A stretch of 64,000 bases of DNA from an uncultured Planctomycetaceae bacterium (GTDB lineage Bacteria > Planctomycetota > Planctomycetia > Planctomycetales > Planctomycetaceae): contig CAWFGE010000019.1 in assembly GCA_963815195.1 (NCBI GenBank), positions 205,311 to 269,310 of the forward strand. Direction: 5' to 3'. This document shows, piece after piece, positions 40,707-52,059 of the stretch. The notes under the pieces are model-generated. The model searched no databases. It was not told the origin of the DNA and saw only the letters and a list, made by a program, of their open reading frames with translations. Position 1 is the first letter of the stretch; every line of letters begins with the position of its first letter. The translations under genes were made by a program, and so were the position numbers.

Positions 40707-43264
40707 TTAGGGGAGATTGATCACCTTCCGGGCCCACCATTCTCCCAGCATGAGGGCGATCAGCAGGGCAAAACAAGGCCAGGTGCTCCACAGCGGGCGA
40801 ATATCGACCGTCCGCTCGGTGAGGGCCGGGGGTGAAAAATCTTGGAGGAGGTTCTTCACGTCGGTCAGTTCGTAAGCCCGGCCGCCGGTGAGATCCGCCA
40901 GCCGATTTTGCACCGTGCTGTCGCGGACGGCGCTTCTCCTTTCGGCGGACAGGCTTGTCACTTGAAAATGGATCGGGTCGGCGTATTTGCCCGTGATCGG
41001 ATCCCGCACGCGGACGCTGTATTCGCCCGCCTGAAACACAGGAATCCGCGTCTCAAACACGCCGGGCCGCAAGAGCGACACGCGGGCTTGCTGCTTCACA
41101 GTGGACGTGGAAGAGCCCGGCCCCGGCAGGCGGATTTCGTATTCCAGCGATTTCTGCTGGGTGCGTTTTTCGACCTCGGCTTCGCTTAACGGATTGAAAT
41201 CCTCATCGTAGGCTTCCACGGTGAGAAGCACCTTATCGTCGGCCTGGTATTCCTTGCGGTCGGTCCGCGTGACGAACCGCTTCTGCCGGCCGAGGGCATG
41301 GCTGAGGCCGAGCCGTTTGATCAAAGGCCCCCAGAAGTTCCGGTAATACTTTTCGCCGTAGAGCCGGCGGAGCCGCCACATTTCGTCGAAGGCGATATAG
41401 ATGACTTCGCCGCGGCCGTATTGCCGGATCGCGATCAGCGGCTGTTTGGTCTTGCCGTTGATGCAGGTGTCGGTCGGATGCTCGGCGAGCACGGTCGTCG
41501 CAGAGGGCTCCACGCTTTGCACCGGCTGATACCAGGGCAGGCGGCCCATGTTCTCCCAGGCCATCGCGGTCTCGTCCGGCGTCTGGCCGAGCTGCATGAA
41601 ATCGTATTGGGCCAAGGCCGCCATCGGGGTGAGTTCCAGACGAAACTCCCGCTCGTCGCGGGGGCGGGCGTCAGGATCGACGAACACCGGCAGCATGTCC
41701 GCGAGCGGCGTTTTCGCCAGCTGCCCGGGACCGAACCTTGGCCCGGCCATCACCACCAGCCCGCCGCCGAATTCCGAGACAAACTCCTTCGTCATCTCGC
41801 AAAACCGCGTGGAGAGCACATCCGCCGGCATGTCGCCCAGGAAGATCACATCGTTCTGAAAGAACTCGCTTCGCGGCAACGTCAAGCTGGGCACAAAAAG
41901 TTCGTTGTTCTCGCGGACGATCGGATCGGAGGACCTGAGGAACGTGCGAAACCCGCGCAGTCCCACCAGTTCATCCCGGTGGAAAACTTCCTTCACGAAC
42001 CGCCATTCCCAGGTGGGTTCGTACTCGACGAACAAGAGCCGCATGAAGTCGTCGATGATGGTGACTTCGCGCCCGGCGGAGTTGTTTTGATCGACGACTT
42101 CGCCTTCCAGCGGGTCCAGCCGGGCGAAGCCGCGCTCGTCGGTGCCGGCGCCGAGTTTGCCGGCCTCGGCGAAGAACAGAAACCGCCCCGTCTCTTTGGG
42201 TGTGAAGGGAAAATCGACCGAGACTTTGTTATCCGCGAGCGTGATGTCTTTCTCGCCGACGAGGATCGGCTCGGTTTTTTCCTCGGCGTCGATCTTGCGA
42301 GCGGTCAGGCGGATGTGCACACTTTGGCCCTCGAGATCCTGATGGCGGAGTGTGACCGTCAGCGACGATTCCTCGGCCTTTTTCATTTTGACGGGGGCTT
42401 CGAGATGATCGAGAGCCAGATCGACTGCGGTCTTGGCCCCCACGCCCACGGCGAAGATGGGCACTTTGAGCTTCTTCGCGGCCTCTTCGGGCAGCGGGCC
42501 GGCGTTGCGGTTGAAGTCGCTGACGACCAGCAGTCCCGCGAGATTGCCCGTCTGATGCCTGAGGGCCAAATCCTCAAACGCGGTGCCCAGGGCCGTGACT
42601 TGCCCTGCGGTCGTCAGTTCGGGGAGCGTCTTTTCGGGGTCGAAGTCATCTTCATTTTGGCCGAGCGAAATCGCCCGCACGCCGTCGGCCCGGTCCAACA
42701 CATAGCCCCGCAGCCGATATTTCTCGGCGAGGTTTTTTAGGAGGTTATCGTCTTTCTTTTTCACCCACGCCCGCACGTAGTCCATCCGCGATGCATGATA
42801 CGCCTTCCGCGGCCGGCGGATGATCCAGAATTGTCGGGCGGGATTTCCAGCGAGACGCTCTTCGCGAGTTCCCGCTGCCCTTGCTCGGGGAGTTTGTCTT
42901 CGATGGCCATGCTGTCGGTGCCGTCGAACAGCACCCAGAGCACCGGCTTGGGCTGGTTGACGAGTTGGATCTCGAGGATCGGATCGGCGAGGATCACGAA
43001 CAACAGGCACAGAAGCGCTCCCCGCAGTCCGGCGAGCAGCATCCGCGATTTGGTTTTGCCGTGGCGCTGATAGCGGCGGTAGAAGAAAAACGCGAGCCAA
43101 CCGAAGAGCAGGCAGCCGAACAGCACCCACGCGGGGCCGGCCTGGGCCCATTCCGCCCCGAACGTGATTCGCCAGGATTCGATCCGCGAGACGTCGTCGT
43201 AGCCGAGCGCCCAGCCGAGCGCGCGGGTGATTTGATCCATGAGAGAGAAACCGGTGTTCGTCAT
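40707..43264 (-). CDS. Membrane protein with vWA and class I glutamine amidotransferase-like domains (apparent frameshift near 42800)
   Basis: LFDGTDSM, LLVVSD, PTWEWRF, GGGLVVMAG, YGRGEV, C-terminal LGEWWARK. Confidence 0.85.
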
Positions 43265-46051
43265 GCGGCCTGCTCCTTGGTTGGTTCGGCGGAGTCCTTG
43301 CCGGCCGCCGATGTCACGTCCTGTTTGACCGCGGGCCAGGCGAGGACGAGCATTTCCAAAACCAATCCGCACAGCACGATCGTGATTAGAGTTTTCCAAT
43401 AGTCCCGGCCGCGAATTTGGGCCCCTTCGAGCGAAATCTTTTCGCCGGGACCGATCCAGCGCCACCGGCCCTTTTCGCCGGGCGCGCCGAGCCGTTCTTC
43501 CAAACCCTCGCGGCCCAACAGCGTGAGGTCGGATTCCGCCGCCAGCCCGTTGACCGCAAACCGCACGGCGGGCTGAGCGCTCGCCGCACTCGGCAGCCCT
43601 TCGCCGCTCGGCTGTTTGGCGGTGATTTGATAAGCCCCGCTCTGAAGCGCCTGCGGCACGGCGAGGCCATACACATCCGCCCCGAGCGCGCTTCACGGTC
43701 AGGGCTTCTTCATCGCCAGAGGGCCGGGTGAGCGTGTACCGCATTCGCCGATCCGGTTCGATGGGCAACACGATGGGTTCGCTGGTGTCGAAATTCCGCT
43801 GGGGCATCGTGTCTTCGATCAATCGCCGGAGAATGCGGTCGAACAGGCTGATGTTGCTGTTCTTCCCGGCCAGGGTGTTCCAACTGGAATATGTCCCCGA
43901 CGTAAATAAGAGCACCTTGCCCAGACCGATTCGGCGTTCGATCAGAAATGGAACCCCCGCCGCTTCGCCGACGAACTCGGCATCGTCTTTCACATCGTAC
44001 CGGGCCAACACGCGGGGCAGCGATTCCTGCACGATCTGCTCGACAGGCTCGGAGAGCCGATCGTTAATCCGCCCGGTCTGCCACAATAGCCACTGCGGTG
44101 CGATCTGCCGCTCGCGGGCCGTGTCCGCGGCTTCTTGGGATTCCTCCGTTTTGCCGAAGGTGCCTTGCTTTTGCATGTCTTCCCAAGCGGTTCGGCGCCG
44201 AGCGGCTTCGGCGAGGAATCTTCGCTGTTCGGCCAGCCGTTTTGTCTCGCGGGCTTTGAGATCCTTTAACAGCCTGGAAGAGACATCGGCCTGGGCCGCC
44301 TTGAAGAACATTGTGAGGCCGTACCAGCTTTCCAGGTCGTCGGGCTTCGCGTTTTCCAGGATGAAGTACGGATGCTGCATCGTGGCGAAGTCCATGTAGA
44401 ACGGCTTGATCTGATTCGATCTTCCCGGCGAGCGCCCATTCTTCGGGCGTCTTGCCGAAGGGCTCCGGCCGGAGTGGCACCGGCAAAATTCCGGCCCCGT
44501 CTTGCCACGCGGCTTGGGTCCATTGGGCGGGATCGAACTCTGCCCCGGCGGTGATCACCACCTGGCCCCCTTGTTGGACGTATTCCCTTAAGAGCGGCAC
44601 GGCGTCGCCGGGATTTTCCACGCCGCCGATGACGACGAGCCGGGCATCCTCCAAGAGCTTTTGATCGAGCTGATCGATCGTGACGTGCCGAATTTCGATG
44701 AGTTGCCTCTGGTATTCCTCGCGGCTCAGCCGGGGGCGAGATACCGGCGGAGCGGATAGGTCTCGCCGACTTCGCCGGCTTTGACATCCTCCCGCGGGCC
44801 GAGTTGATCGACGAACACCACCGGCAAAGCCGCCACGACGGGCACGACCAGATGCCTTGTGTTGTCGGACTTCAAGCGGTCGCCGGCGATGGTCGCGGTC
44901 TGGACTTCGACGGACGCGTTCACGAACTGCGGATGCCCCGGCTCGGCGGGCACGTCGATTTGATATTTGAACTCCAAGAGCCGCGACTGCCCCGGATCCA
45001 AATCGACCGTCTGGCTTGCGACCGACACGCCGTCCACCGTGAGCGCGACTTGCACGTCTTTGAGTGGCTCCGGGCCTTGGCAGTCCACGGTCGCGAGGAA
45101 GGTGGAAGGCGTCTCGATGTCGGCGATGCCGTCTTGGATGTGAAAATCCGAAACCCAGACATTCTCCGGCCTGTCGGCGGCGATTTTGACGACTTGCAGT
45201 TCGGGGATTTTGGACAACTCGGCTTTCAAAGACTCGGCCGGCCAGTTGCCGACTTGTTGATCGCCCAAAAACACAACCCGCTTGGCGGGGAGCTCGGGCA
45301 TTTGCTCGCAGGCCTGAGCCGCGAGTTGGACGGCCATCGCCGCGGTACCCCGGCGGTCCACGACTTCGATGCTGCCCAGCGCATCGCGGGCGTCTTCCTT
45401 GCTGCGGTGGGCGTCGAGGCTATGCGCGTTCGGCGAACCGCACAGCGGAATGATCGAGATCGAACTCTCCGGCGGGAGTTCGTCGATGAACTCCGCGGCC
45501 TTCGCCTTCGCCCCGTCAAGCAAGCTGCCTTCGAGCGTTTCGTAACCCATGCTCTGGCTGTTGTCGATCACCAAGACCGCATGCACGGGATGCCGCTGGC
45601 TGATCGCTTCCTCGCCGCCGATGAGCCGGCTCTGGACCTGGCGAAAAAACCCCAACCCGGCAATGCCGGCGAGAAATAAACAACCCGCGGCGACGGCGAA
45701 TTTCGTCACGCGGACCGAAGCCAGCACCGCCCAAATCCCCAGCCCGAGCGCCAGAGTCCCCACGAGCCAAGGCCAGACTTGCTGAAACACCGATTCCCCG
45801 GTCGCGGTGGCAAAAAACGGCCGGGCGAGCGCGAAGCCGATCAACAAGACGCACAAAACTCGCAGCACGAGCAATATCAAATCCCGCATCTGCAGGATTT
45901 TGCGGTTCCGCTGGAGGGCTTCGCGGAGAAAATCCATCGCCGCCCAATCCACCACGCGAAACCGCCTGCGGTTCAAGAGGTGAATCAAAATCGGCCCCGC
46001 CGCCGCGATGATCCCGGCAATGGCAAAAGGTTTGGCGAAGAAGTCCAGCAT
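43261..46051 (-). CDS. BatA domain plus vWA protein (apparent frameshifts near 44725, 44410 and 43690)
   Basis: PILIHLLNRRRFRVVDWAAMDFL (BatA), VIDNSQSM (MIDAS), YVQQGG, IGLGKV, VN...ESDL spread over four ORFs. Confidence 0.85.
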
Positions 46052-46081
46052 GGTTTTTGTCGGTTGTCCGTGGCGGTATCT

Positions 46082-46275
46082 GTGAGCGGCACGGCGCTAG
46101 CCGCCGGCCTTACGCTATTAACTCTCGAATGCGATCCTGTGAGCGGCACGGCGCTAGCCGCCGGCCTTACGCTATCAATTCCACGGCGATCCCATGAGGC
46201 GCACGGCGCTAGCCCCCGGCCTTATGCGGCAGACATTCAATTATTGGAACCCGGCGGCTAGCGCCCAACCGCTCA
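46082..46275. repeat. REP cluster downstream of the RAYT gene
   Basis: GTGAGCGGCACGGCGCTAGCCGCCGG at 46082 and 46139, degenerate copy near 46196, inverted copy 46252-46275. Confidence 0.9.
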
Positions 46276-46749
46276 TAATTTCCGATCCATTCGGTCTTGT
46301 GCTTCCACGATGTAAAGAACCACTTTTGCCAAATCTTCTTCATCATCAATAGACTCAATGTCTCCTCCACGCGTCCAAACTTTTTTATTCAAAATCGGAT
46401 CAGGCAATTCGCGCAAAACTCGCGTCGCATTGGCTTTGAATTGGTCTCGTGTTTTTTTCGGATCTTCGTCTGCCGTGACGGCAATATGAACATGATTCGT
46501 GCGAGCATTTACGGCATGCAATTCCCACCCTCTTATCTCTGCATGTTCGCGACAGACTTTTTCAACCTCATGTCGGTGGGTTTCGCTTAGGATAACCGCG
46601 TTTTCATTCATCCGACCCCGACCCCATTGTTCCAATTGCGGCCGTGGCTCTTGGTTTCCTCGTTTCCATTTGCGCCATCCCCGATGATCGCCGGGAAGCC
46701 ACGCGCCATAGGTTGTCCACGTGATGAAATAGGCAATGGTGTCGGGCAT
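46273..46749 (-). CDS. REP-associated tyrosine (HUH, IS200-like Y1) transposase, RAYT/TnpA-REP
   Basis: YFITWTTYG, HUH motif TNHVH, KVWTRG, catalytic LYIVEAQ; lower GC than the flanks. Confidence 0.88.
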   Translation of the reverse strand: MPDTIAYFITWTTYGAWLPGDHRGWRKWKRGNQEPRPQLEQWGRGRMNENAVILSETHRHEVEKVCREHAEIRGWELHAVNARTNHVHIAVTADEDPKKTRDQFKANATRVLRELPDPILNKKVWTRGGDIESIDDEEDLAKVVLYIVEAQDRMDRKL

Positions 46750-46818
46750 TTTCGTTACTGCCGAAGTCAGAGATTGAAAAATCCGTGACTCCTTATTTTA
46801 CAACACACTCTCCATCCG

Positions 46819-47008
46819 GCCGGCGGCTACCGCCGTGCCGCTCACCGGATCCAATCCCTAATTCTTGATTAAACTCGCCAAGTTATGACTTACTCTCCAT
46901 CCAGCCGGCGGCTAGCGCCGTGCCGCTCACCGATCTAAAAATCCTTGTGATGACTCCCTGCTAGGACTGACGCTCTTTAAAACCGGCGGCTAGCGCCGTG
47001 CCGCTCAC
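46819..47008. repeat. REP cluster upstream of the RAYT gene, inverted orientation
   Basis: CCGGCGGCTA(G/C)CGCCGTGCCGCTCAC at 46820, 46905 and 46983. Confidence 0.9.
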
Positions 47009-48154
47009 CTATTCCAACCCTAGATTCTTGCTGAGGTCCTCGATCTTGCCTTCCTGCAAAATCGGCAAGTAGCGGTTGGGAATCGCCAGGATGAAACAGG
47101 CGACTGCCGTTCCGTAGAGCCGGCCGGGTTTGCCGTGGACGTGGCGGGTGTCGGTCCAGTGGCCGTCGTCTTCGGGTTTGCCCGGGCTTTGGTATTGGCA
47201 GCGGGCGATGTAATCCCGCAAGGCGGGGTACGAATCCTGCCAATAGGTTTTTCCGATGTCCTTGCGGTCGCCGACCTGATACAGAGCCTGCCCGACGTAA
47301 TACAACGTGTAGGCATCGAAGGGCAAGCGGCCGTCGCGTTTTTTGGGCAGCTTGAGCCGGCGGATTTCCTTGGTGATCACGTCCATGTTTTTGGGAATCC
47401 GCCAGTCCTGATATTGCCCGAACTCCTGCATGCACACCACGCCCGCGGCCGCCATCGCGGTCGTGCCGCGGTTGCCGTCGTAGGTGAATTGGCCTTCGCC
47501 CTGTTTGATGCGGGGATCGTTCGGGTTCCGCGCGCCGTTCTGGGCTTTGTAATGCTCGCGCACGCTTTGAATGGCGAGGGGCACCACGCCGGGCGGGACG
47601 GCGAGGCCGCTGTCCGCGGCGCTGCGAATGGCTTTGGCCTGCATCACCGCGAGGCTCAGATCGTGGCCGTTTCGCTGCCGGCGGGCCCGGTAATCCCAGC
47701 CGCCGTCTTCGCATTGCGTGTTGTAGATGAGTTTAAGTGCGAGATCGAGCGTCTTGCCGATCTGCGGGTCGCCCGTCATTCCATGGGCCTGCCCCAGGAC
47801 GAACGTGGTCAAGCCGTGGTTGTACATGTCCCGCTGCGGGTCGGCGATGTTTAAGAGCCCCGAAGGCTTGGCGTTTCTCAAGATGTAATTGAGCGACTTC
47901 TCGACGACATCGCCGTACTTCCCGCGGCCCGGCATATGCCCCGCCGCGAGGAACGCCAAGGTGCCCATGCCCACCAGGCCCAGGTCGTTGGATTCCCAAT
48001 TGCCCTCCGGCCCCTGGTTGCGGGCCAGCCATTCCAAGCCCCGCTCCAGAGCGAGTTCGCTTTCGGGCGTGATCTCCCAAGGCCCTTCCGCCCGCACGGG
48101 GGCGGCGAGAACGGAAACGATCAGCATTGTGAAAACAGGAATGCGATTTTTCAT
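47009..48154 (-). CDS. Prenyltransferase/squalene oxidase repeat protein
   Basis: GLEWLARNQGPEGNW, LAFLAAGH, MYNHGL, QCEDGGWDY, signal peptide. Confidence 0.9.
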   Translation of the reverse strand: MKNRIPVFTMLIVSVLAAPVRAEGPWEITPESELALERGLEWLARNQGPEGNWESNDLGLVGMGTLAFLAAGHMPGRGKYGDVVEKSLNYILRNAKPSGLLNIADPQRDMYNHGLTTFVLGQAHGMTGDPQIGKTLDLALKLIYNTQCEDGGWDYRARRQRNGHDLSLAVMQAKAIRSAADSGLAVPPGVVPLAIQSVREHYKAQNGARNPNDPRIKQGEGQFTYDGNRGTTAMAAAGVVCMQEFGQYQDWRIPKNMDVITKEIRRLKLPKKRDGRLPFDAYTLYYVGQALYQVGDRKDIGKTYWQDSYPALRDYIARCQYQSPGKPEDDGHWTDTRHVHGKPGRLYGTAVACFILAIPNRYLPILQEGKIEDLSKNLGLE

Positions 48155-48180
48155 GGGGAATAATCGGACCGTGATAAACC

Positions 48181-48262
48181 GGCGAGCGTAGGGCGTCAGC
48201 CCCATGATTCCTGGGTTTCACAAGCTTCATAGAAATCATGGGGCTGACGCCCCACGCTCGCC
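48181..48262. repeat. Inverted REP pair (GGCGAGC type)
   Basis: GGCGAGCGTAGGGCGTCAGCCCCATGA and inverted TCATGGGGCTGACGCCCCACGCTCGCC. Confidence 0.8.
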
Positions 48263-48366
48263 TTATCAGGAAGTCGTCATAAATTTATTTGCCTCTCCCG
48301 TCCACTCGTTACGGGAAATCTGCGGCGATTCTCTGTTTTCTCAGAATTGCCGGGGCTTGCCAAGCA

Positions 48367-50221
48367 TCACGGCAGAAACGGCCACGCGAAGGGCGCGATG
48401 GCGAGCGTAAGCACCGCGATCAGCAAACTCAACGGGCCGCCGACGCGGAGGTAATCGCTGGCCCGGTAACCGCCGGGGCCGTACACCATCAGGTTCGTTT
48501 GATACCCGACGGGGGTTGCGAAGCTCGCGGCGGAGGCGATCATCACCGCGACCGCGAACGGCATCGCGTTCACTTCCAGCCGCGCCGAGGTCGCCATCGC
48601 GATCGGAAAAAACAGCACCGCGGCCGCTTTGGCGGTAATGATGTTCGTGAACACCATCGTCAATCCGTAAATCACCGCGAGGCTCGCCCACGGATGCGAT
48701 CCCGCCGCCGACACCAGTCCCTCGGCCAGAAACCGGTCGGTCCCGCTGGACTTGATGCCTCCCCGATGCCCAGCCCGCCCGCGATCGTCAGCAACACGCC
48801 CCAATCCACGGAGCGTTTGGCTTCCGAGCCTTTGCAGCAGCGGGTGATGATCATCAAGCCCGCCGCGATCATCGCCGCCTTGAGCATGCTCACAAAACCC
48901 GTGGCGACGCCGACGATCATCGCCGCCAAAATCAACAGCGAGATCCACGCCCGCTCGTGGCGCGGCGGCGTCGAATCTTCGATCCGGCTGATCAGAAAAA
49001 AATCCCGCGAGTTCCGCTGCAGCTCGATAAAGCCCGGCGGTGCTTCCAGGAGCAGCGTGTCGCCCGGCTCGAGGCGGATGTCGCCGATCTTCTTTTGAAT
49101 CCGCTGCCCGTTCCGGGCGACGGCGAGCACGGCCGCGTTATAGTGGCTGCGGAACTGGGCTTCGCGGATCGTCATGTTCAAAAACGGATAAGTGTTCGAG
49201 ACCACCGCTTCCACCAGCGAGCGTTCGTTCCGCGGGCCTTCCAATTTGAACATCTGGTCGGTTGCAGGTTTGAGGCCCGGCATCCGCTGCAATCGACGAC
49301 CGATTCCACAATCCCCACAAACACCAGCCGATCGTTGGCCTCGAGGCGTTCGTTCCGCGAGACCGCCGCGAGGATGTGCCCGCCGCGGTCGATCTCCGCC
49401 AGAAACACGCCGGGCAGATGCCGGAGCCCCGCGGCTTCGATCGTTTTCTCCACCAGCGGGCTGCCCGGCTCCACGATCATCTCCACCGTGTACTCCCGCG
49501 GGTTTTCGAGTTGCTGCATGACGGGTTTGCGCTCCGGCAAGAGCCAGCGGGCAAAGATCAACAAATACCCCACGCCCAAAACCGCCGCGGCGGCGCCGAC
49601 GACCGCGATCTCGAACATTCCCAGCCCCGGGCGGTCCTCCGCGCGGTCCAGAAAGAGCAACGGCCGCGCGGTCTCGTCGGCCGTCTTCGTTTCGGCTTCT
49701 TCCGCGGCCCGGCTTTGGGCATCGATCAACAGACCATTGACGACCAGCGTCGTGCTGGTGCCGACCAAGGTCATCAATCCGCCCAGGATGGTTGCGTAAC
49801 TTAATGGCAAGAGCAGATGCGAAACCGAGAGGCGGAACTTCTTGGCCCAGTCGTTGACGATCGGGAGCCCCATCGCCACCACGGGGGTGTTGTTGAGGAA
49901 GGCGCTCATCACCGCGGAGGGAATCATGATTCGCGCCTGGGCCGAGCGGAGCGATTTCGGCTTGCCCAGAAGCGCCTGCCCGATGCCGCTCAGTCCCCCC
50001 GTTTGCCGCATGCCTTCCGCGACGACGAACAGCACCGCCACGGTAATGAGGCCTTCGTTCGCAAACCCGCTCAGTGCGCGCTTCGTATCGACGATGCCGG
50101 CCACGAAGAGCAGCGTCAACCCGCCCAACAGGACAAACTCCGGCCCCACGCGCAGGAACGTCAAGGCCACGACCACGACGGCGAGCACCAACAGCGTGAA
50201 CAGAATGGGGAATTCGATCAT
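48367..50221 (-). CDS. SLC13 family permease with TrkA-C domains (apparent frameshifts near 49290 and 48740)
   Basis: SAFLNNTPVV, TLVGTSTTL, two TrkA-C segments, SFATPVGYQTNLMVYGPGGY. Confidence 0.92.
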
Positions 50222-50618
50222 TGTTCGGGCGTGAAACGCGGTATTTGAGGCGGGGGGAAGGCCACGATGGCGCAAAGACCACAAAACGCCGGTCAGCCGA
50301 AATCGGGAAAACAGATCAGCTCTGCCCGCCTTCCCCAGGGATCCTTTGGCCTCGAGCCTTCCAAAGCCGCTGTGACGACACGCCCGCTTATAGCAAAACG
50401 AGCCTGCGACTTACAGTTCGCGGCATGATGTGCTTCATCCGCCCGAACGGACGGAACCAAACAACAAGATCGCGGGGCACAAAATCCGCCGCGAGAATGC
50501 TCCTGCGGTTATCCAATGAGATCAGACACCCTTTTCCTTCGCCGAGGATATCACCCTTTGCCTCGCGCCCGATGGAATCCGGTGTCTGAATCCTTTTGAA
50601 AACTTCAGAAACCGGCCG

Positions 50619-51953
50619 CTACGACTGGGCCAGGACCTGTTCGATCGGTTTGCCCTCGGCGATGCGGAAGGGGCGGCCGATGTCGGAGAGGTTTTGCTTT
50701 CGCGGATCGATGCCCATCGCCCGGCAGAGCGTGGCCAAGAGATCGCCCACGTCGGTTTGGCCCTCGGTGACGCTCATGCCGTCGGGACTGGTTTTCCCAT
50801 AAGCCTGGCCGCCTTGGATGCCGCCGCCCGCGAGCACCGTGGTCCACGCAGCGGGGAAATGATCGCGGCCGGCGTCGGAGTTGATGCGGGGCGTGCGGCC
50901 GAACTCGCCCATCCAGAGGATCGTCGTGGATTCGAGCAGTCCGCGGTCTTTAAGATCGAGAAGCAGCGAACTCCAGCCGGCGTCGAGGCTTTCCGAGAGG
51001 GCTTTGACCGTCTGAAAGTTCTGCTGATGCGTGTCCCACAAAGCCGAGTCGCCCAGCGTGACTTCCACGAACGAAACGCCTTTCTCCACCAGTCGGCGGG
51101 CGAGCAAACAGCCCTGCCCGAACACCGTGGGGCCGTAGCGTTCGCGGACCTCCGCGGGTTCTTTCGAGAGGTCGAACACCTGCGATTCCTTGCCGTTCAT
51201 CAACTGCACCGAACGGTTTAACGTGGTCGTGTGGGCGTCGGACAGCGGGCTGCCGTTTTTCGTGTTGAAATCGTTTTGGACTTTGTCGAGCAGTTTTAAC
51301 CGCTCTGCGGATTGCTTCCGGCCGACGCCTGCCGGGGGTTTCAGATTGTCCACGCCGAATTCGGGGAGGTTGCCCCCCGGCCCGAAGGGGGCCCGCTTGG
51401 TTTCCACGATAAGCGGTGCAAACCTCGGACCCAAAAACCCCGGTGAACCGGACTCTGGACTGAACATCGACGCCGAGGCGATGCTCACAAACTGGGGCAG
51501 CGGGCTTTGTGGGTTACCCAGCTCTTTGGAGACCAAGGAACCCAAGGTCGGAAACGCGACGGGACCGCCGGGAGGCCGGCCGGTCCGCATGAGAGACGTG
51601 CCGCGCCCGTGGTCGCCTTCGCGGGTGTTCATGCCGCGGAGAATCGCCAGATGCTCGGCCTGTTTCGCCAGCTTCGGCAGATGCTCGCTGATCCTGAGGC
51701 CCGGCACGCTCGTGGCGATCTCGCGAAACTCGCCGCCGTTCGGGTGATTGGGCTTGAGGTCGAACGTGTCGATCTGCGAAGGCCCGCCGGCCATCCACAA
51801 TAAAATGCAATGCCGGGTCTTTTGCTGCTCGCCAATCGCCGCCGCGAGCGCAGGCATCCAGGAACAAAGCCCCGCCGCTCCGGAAGCAAACGACACATAC
51901 CGCAGCCAATCCCGCCGCGACAAAACCCTTCGATTGACAAGTTGAGTTGGCAT
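50619..51953 (-). CDS. DUF1501 domain protein with Tat-like signal
   Basis: SRRDWL, ILLWMAGGPSQIDTFD, CLLARRLVE, WDTH, GEFGRTP, GRDH. Confidence 0.93.
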   Translation of the reverse strand: MPTQLVNRRVLSRRDWLRYVSFASGAAGLCSWMPALAAAIGEQQKTRHCILLWMAGGPSQIDTFDLKPNHPNGGEFREIATSVPGLRISEHLPKLAKQAEHLAILRGMNTREGDHGRGTSLMRTGRPPGGPVAFPTLGSLVSKELGNPQSPLPQFVSIASASMFSPESGSPGFLGPRFAPLIVETKRAPFGPGGNLPEFGVDNLKPPAGVGRKQSAERLKLLDKVQNDFNTKNGSPLSDAHTTTLNRSVQLMNGKESQVFDLSKEPAEVRERYGPTVFGQGCLLARRLVEKGVSFVEVTLGDSALWDTHQQNFQTVKALSESLDAGWSSLLLDLKDRGLLESTTILWMGEFGRTPRINSDAGRDHFPAAWTTVLAGGGIQGGQAYGKTSPDGMSVTEGQTDVGDLLATLCRAMGIDPRKQNLSDIGRPFRIAEGKPIEQVLAQS

Positions 51954-51977
51954 AAGAAGCTCCTGGAAAGAAAACAT

Positions 51978-52054
51978 TAGCCGCAGGGCGCTAGCCCCGG
52001 TTCGTGTGATTCACCTGGCGTTCGCCGAACCGGACGCGAGCGCGTGCCGGCTGA
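51978..52054. repeat. Degenerate inverted REP pair
   Basis: TAGCCGCAGGGCGCTAGCCCCGGTT and inverted AACCGGACGCGAGCGCGTGCCGGCTGA. Confidence 0.55.
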
Positions 52055-52059
52055 TACAT

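Noticed and set aside
46080..46230. Direct repeats with 57-bp period resembling a mini-CRISPR
   Set aside because: Only two or three units, inverted copies nearby, no cas genes, and they flank an HUH transposase, so they are REPs.
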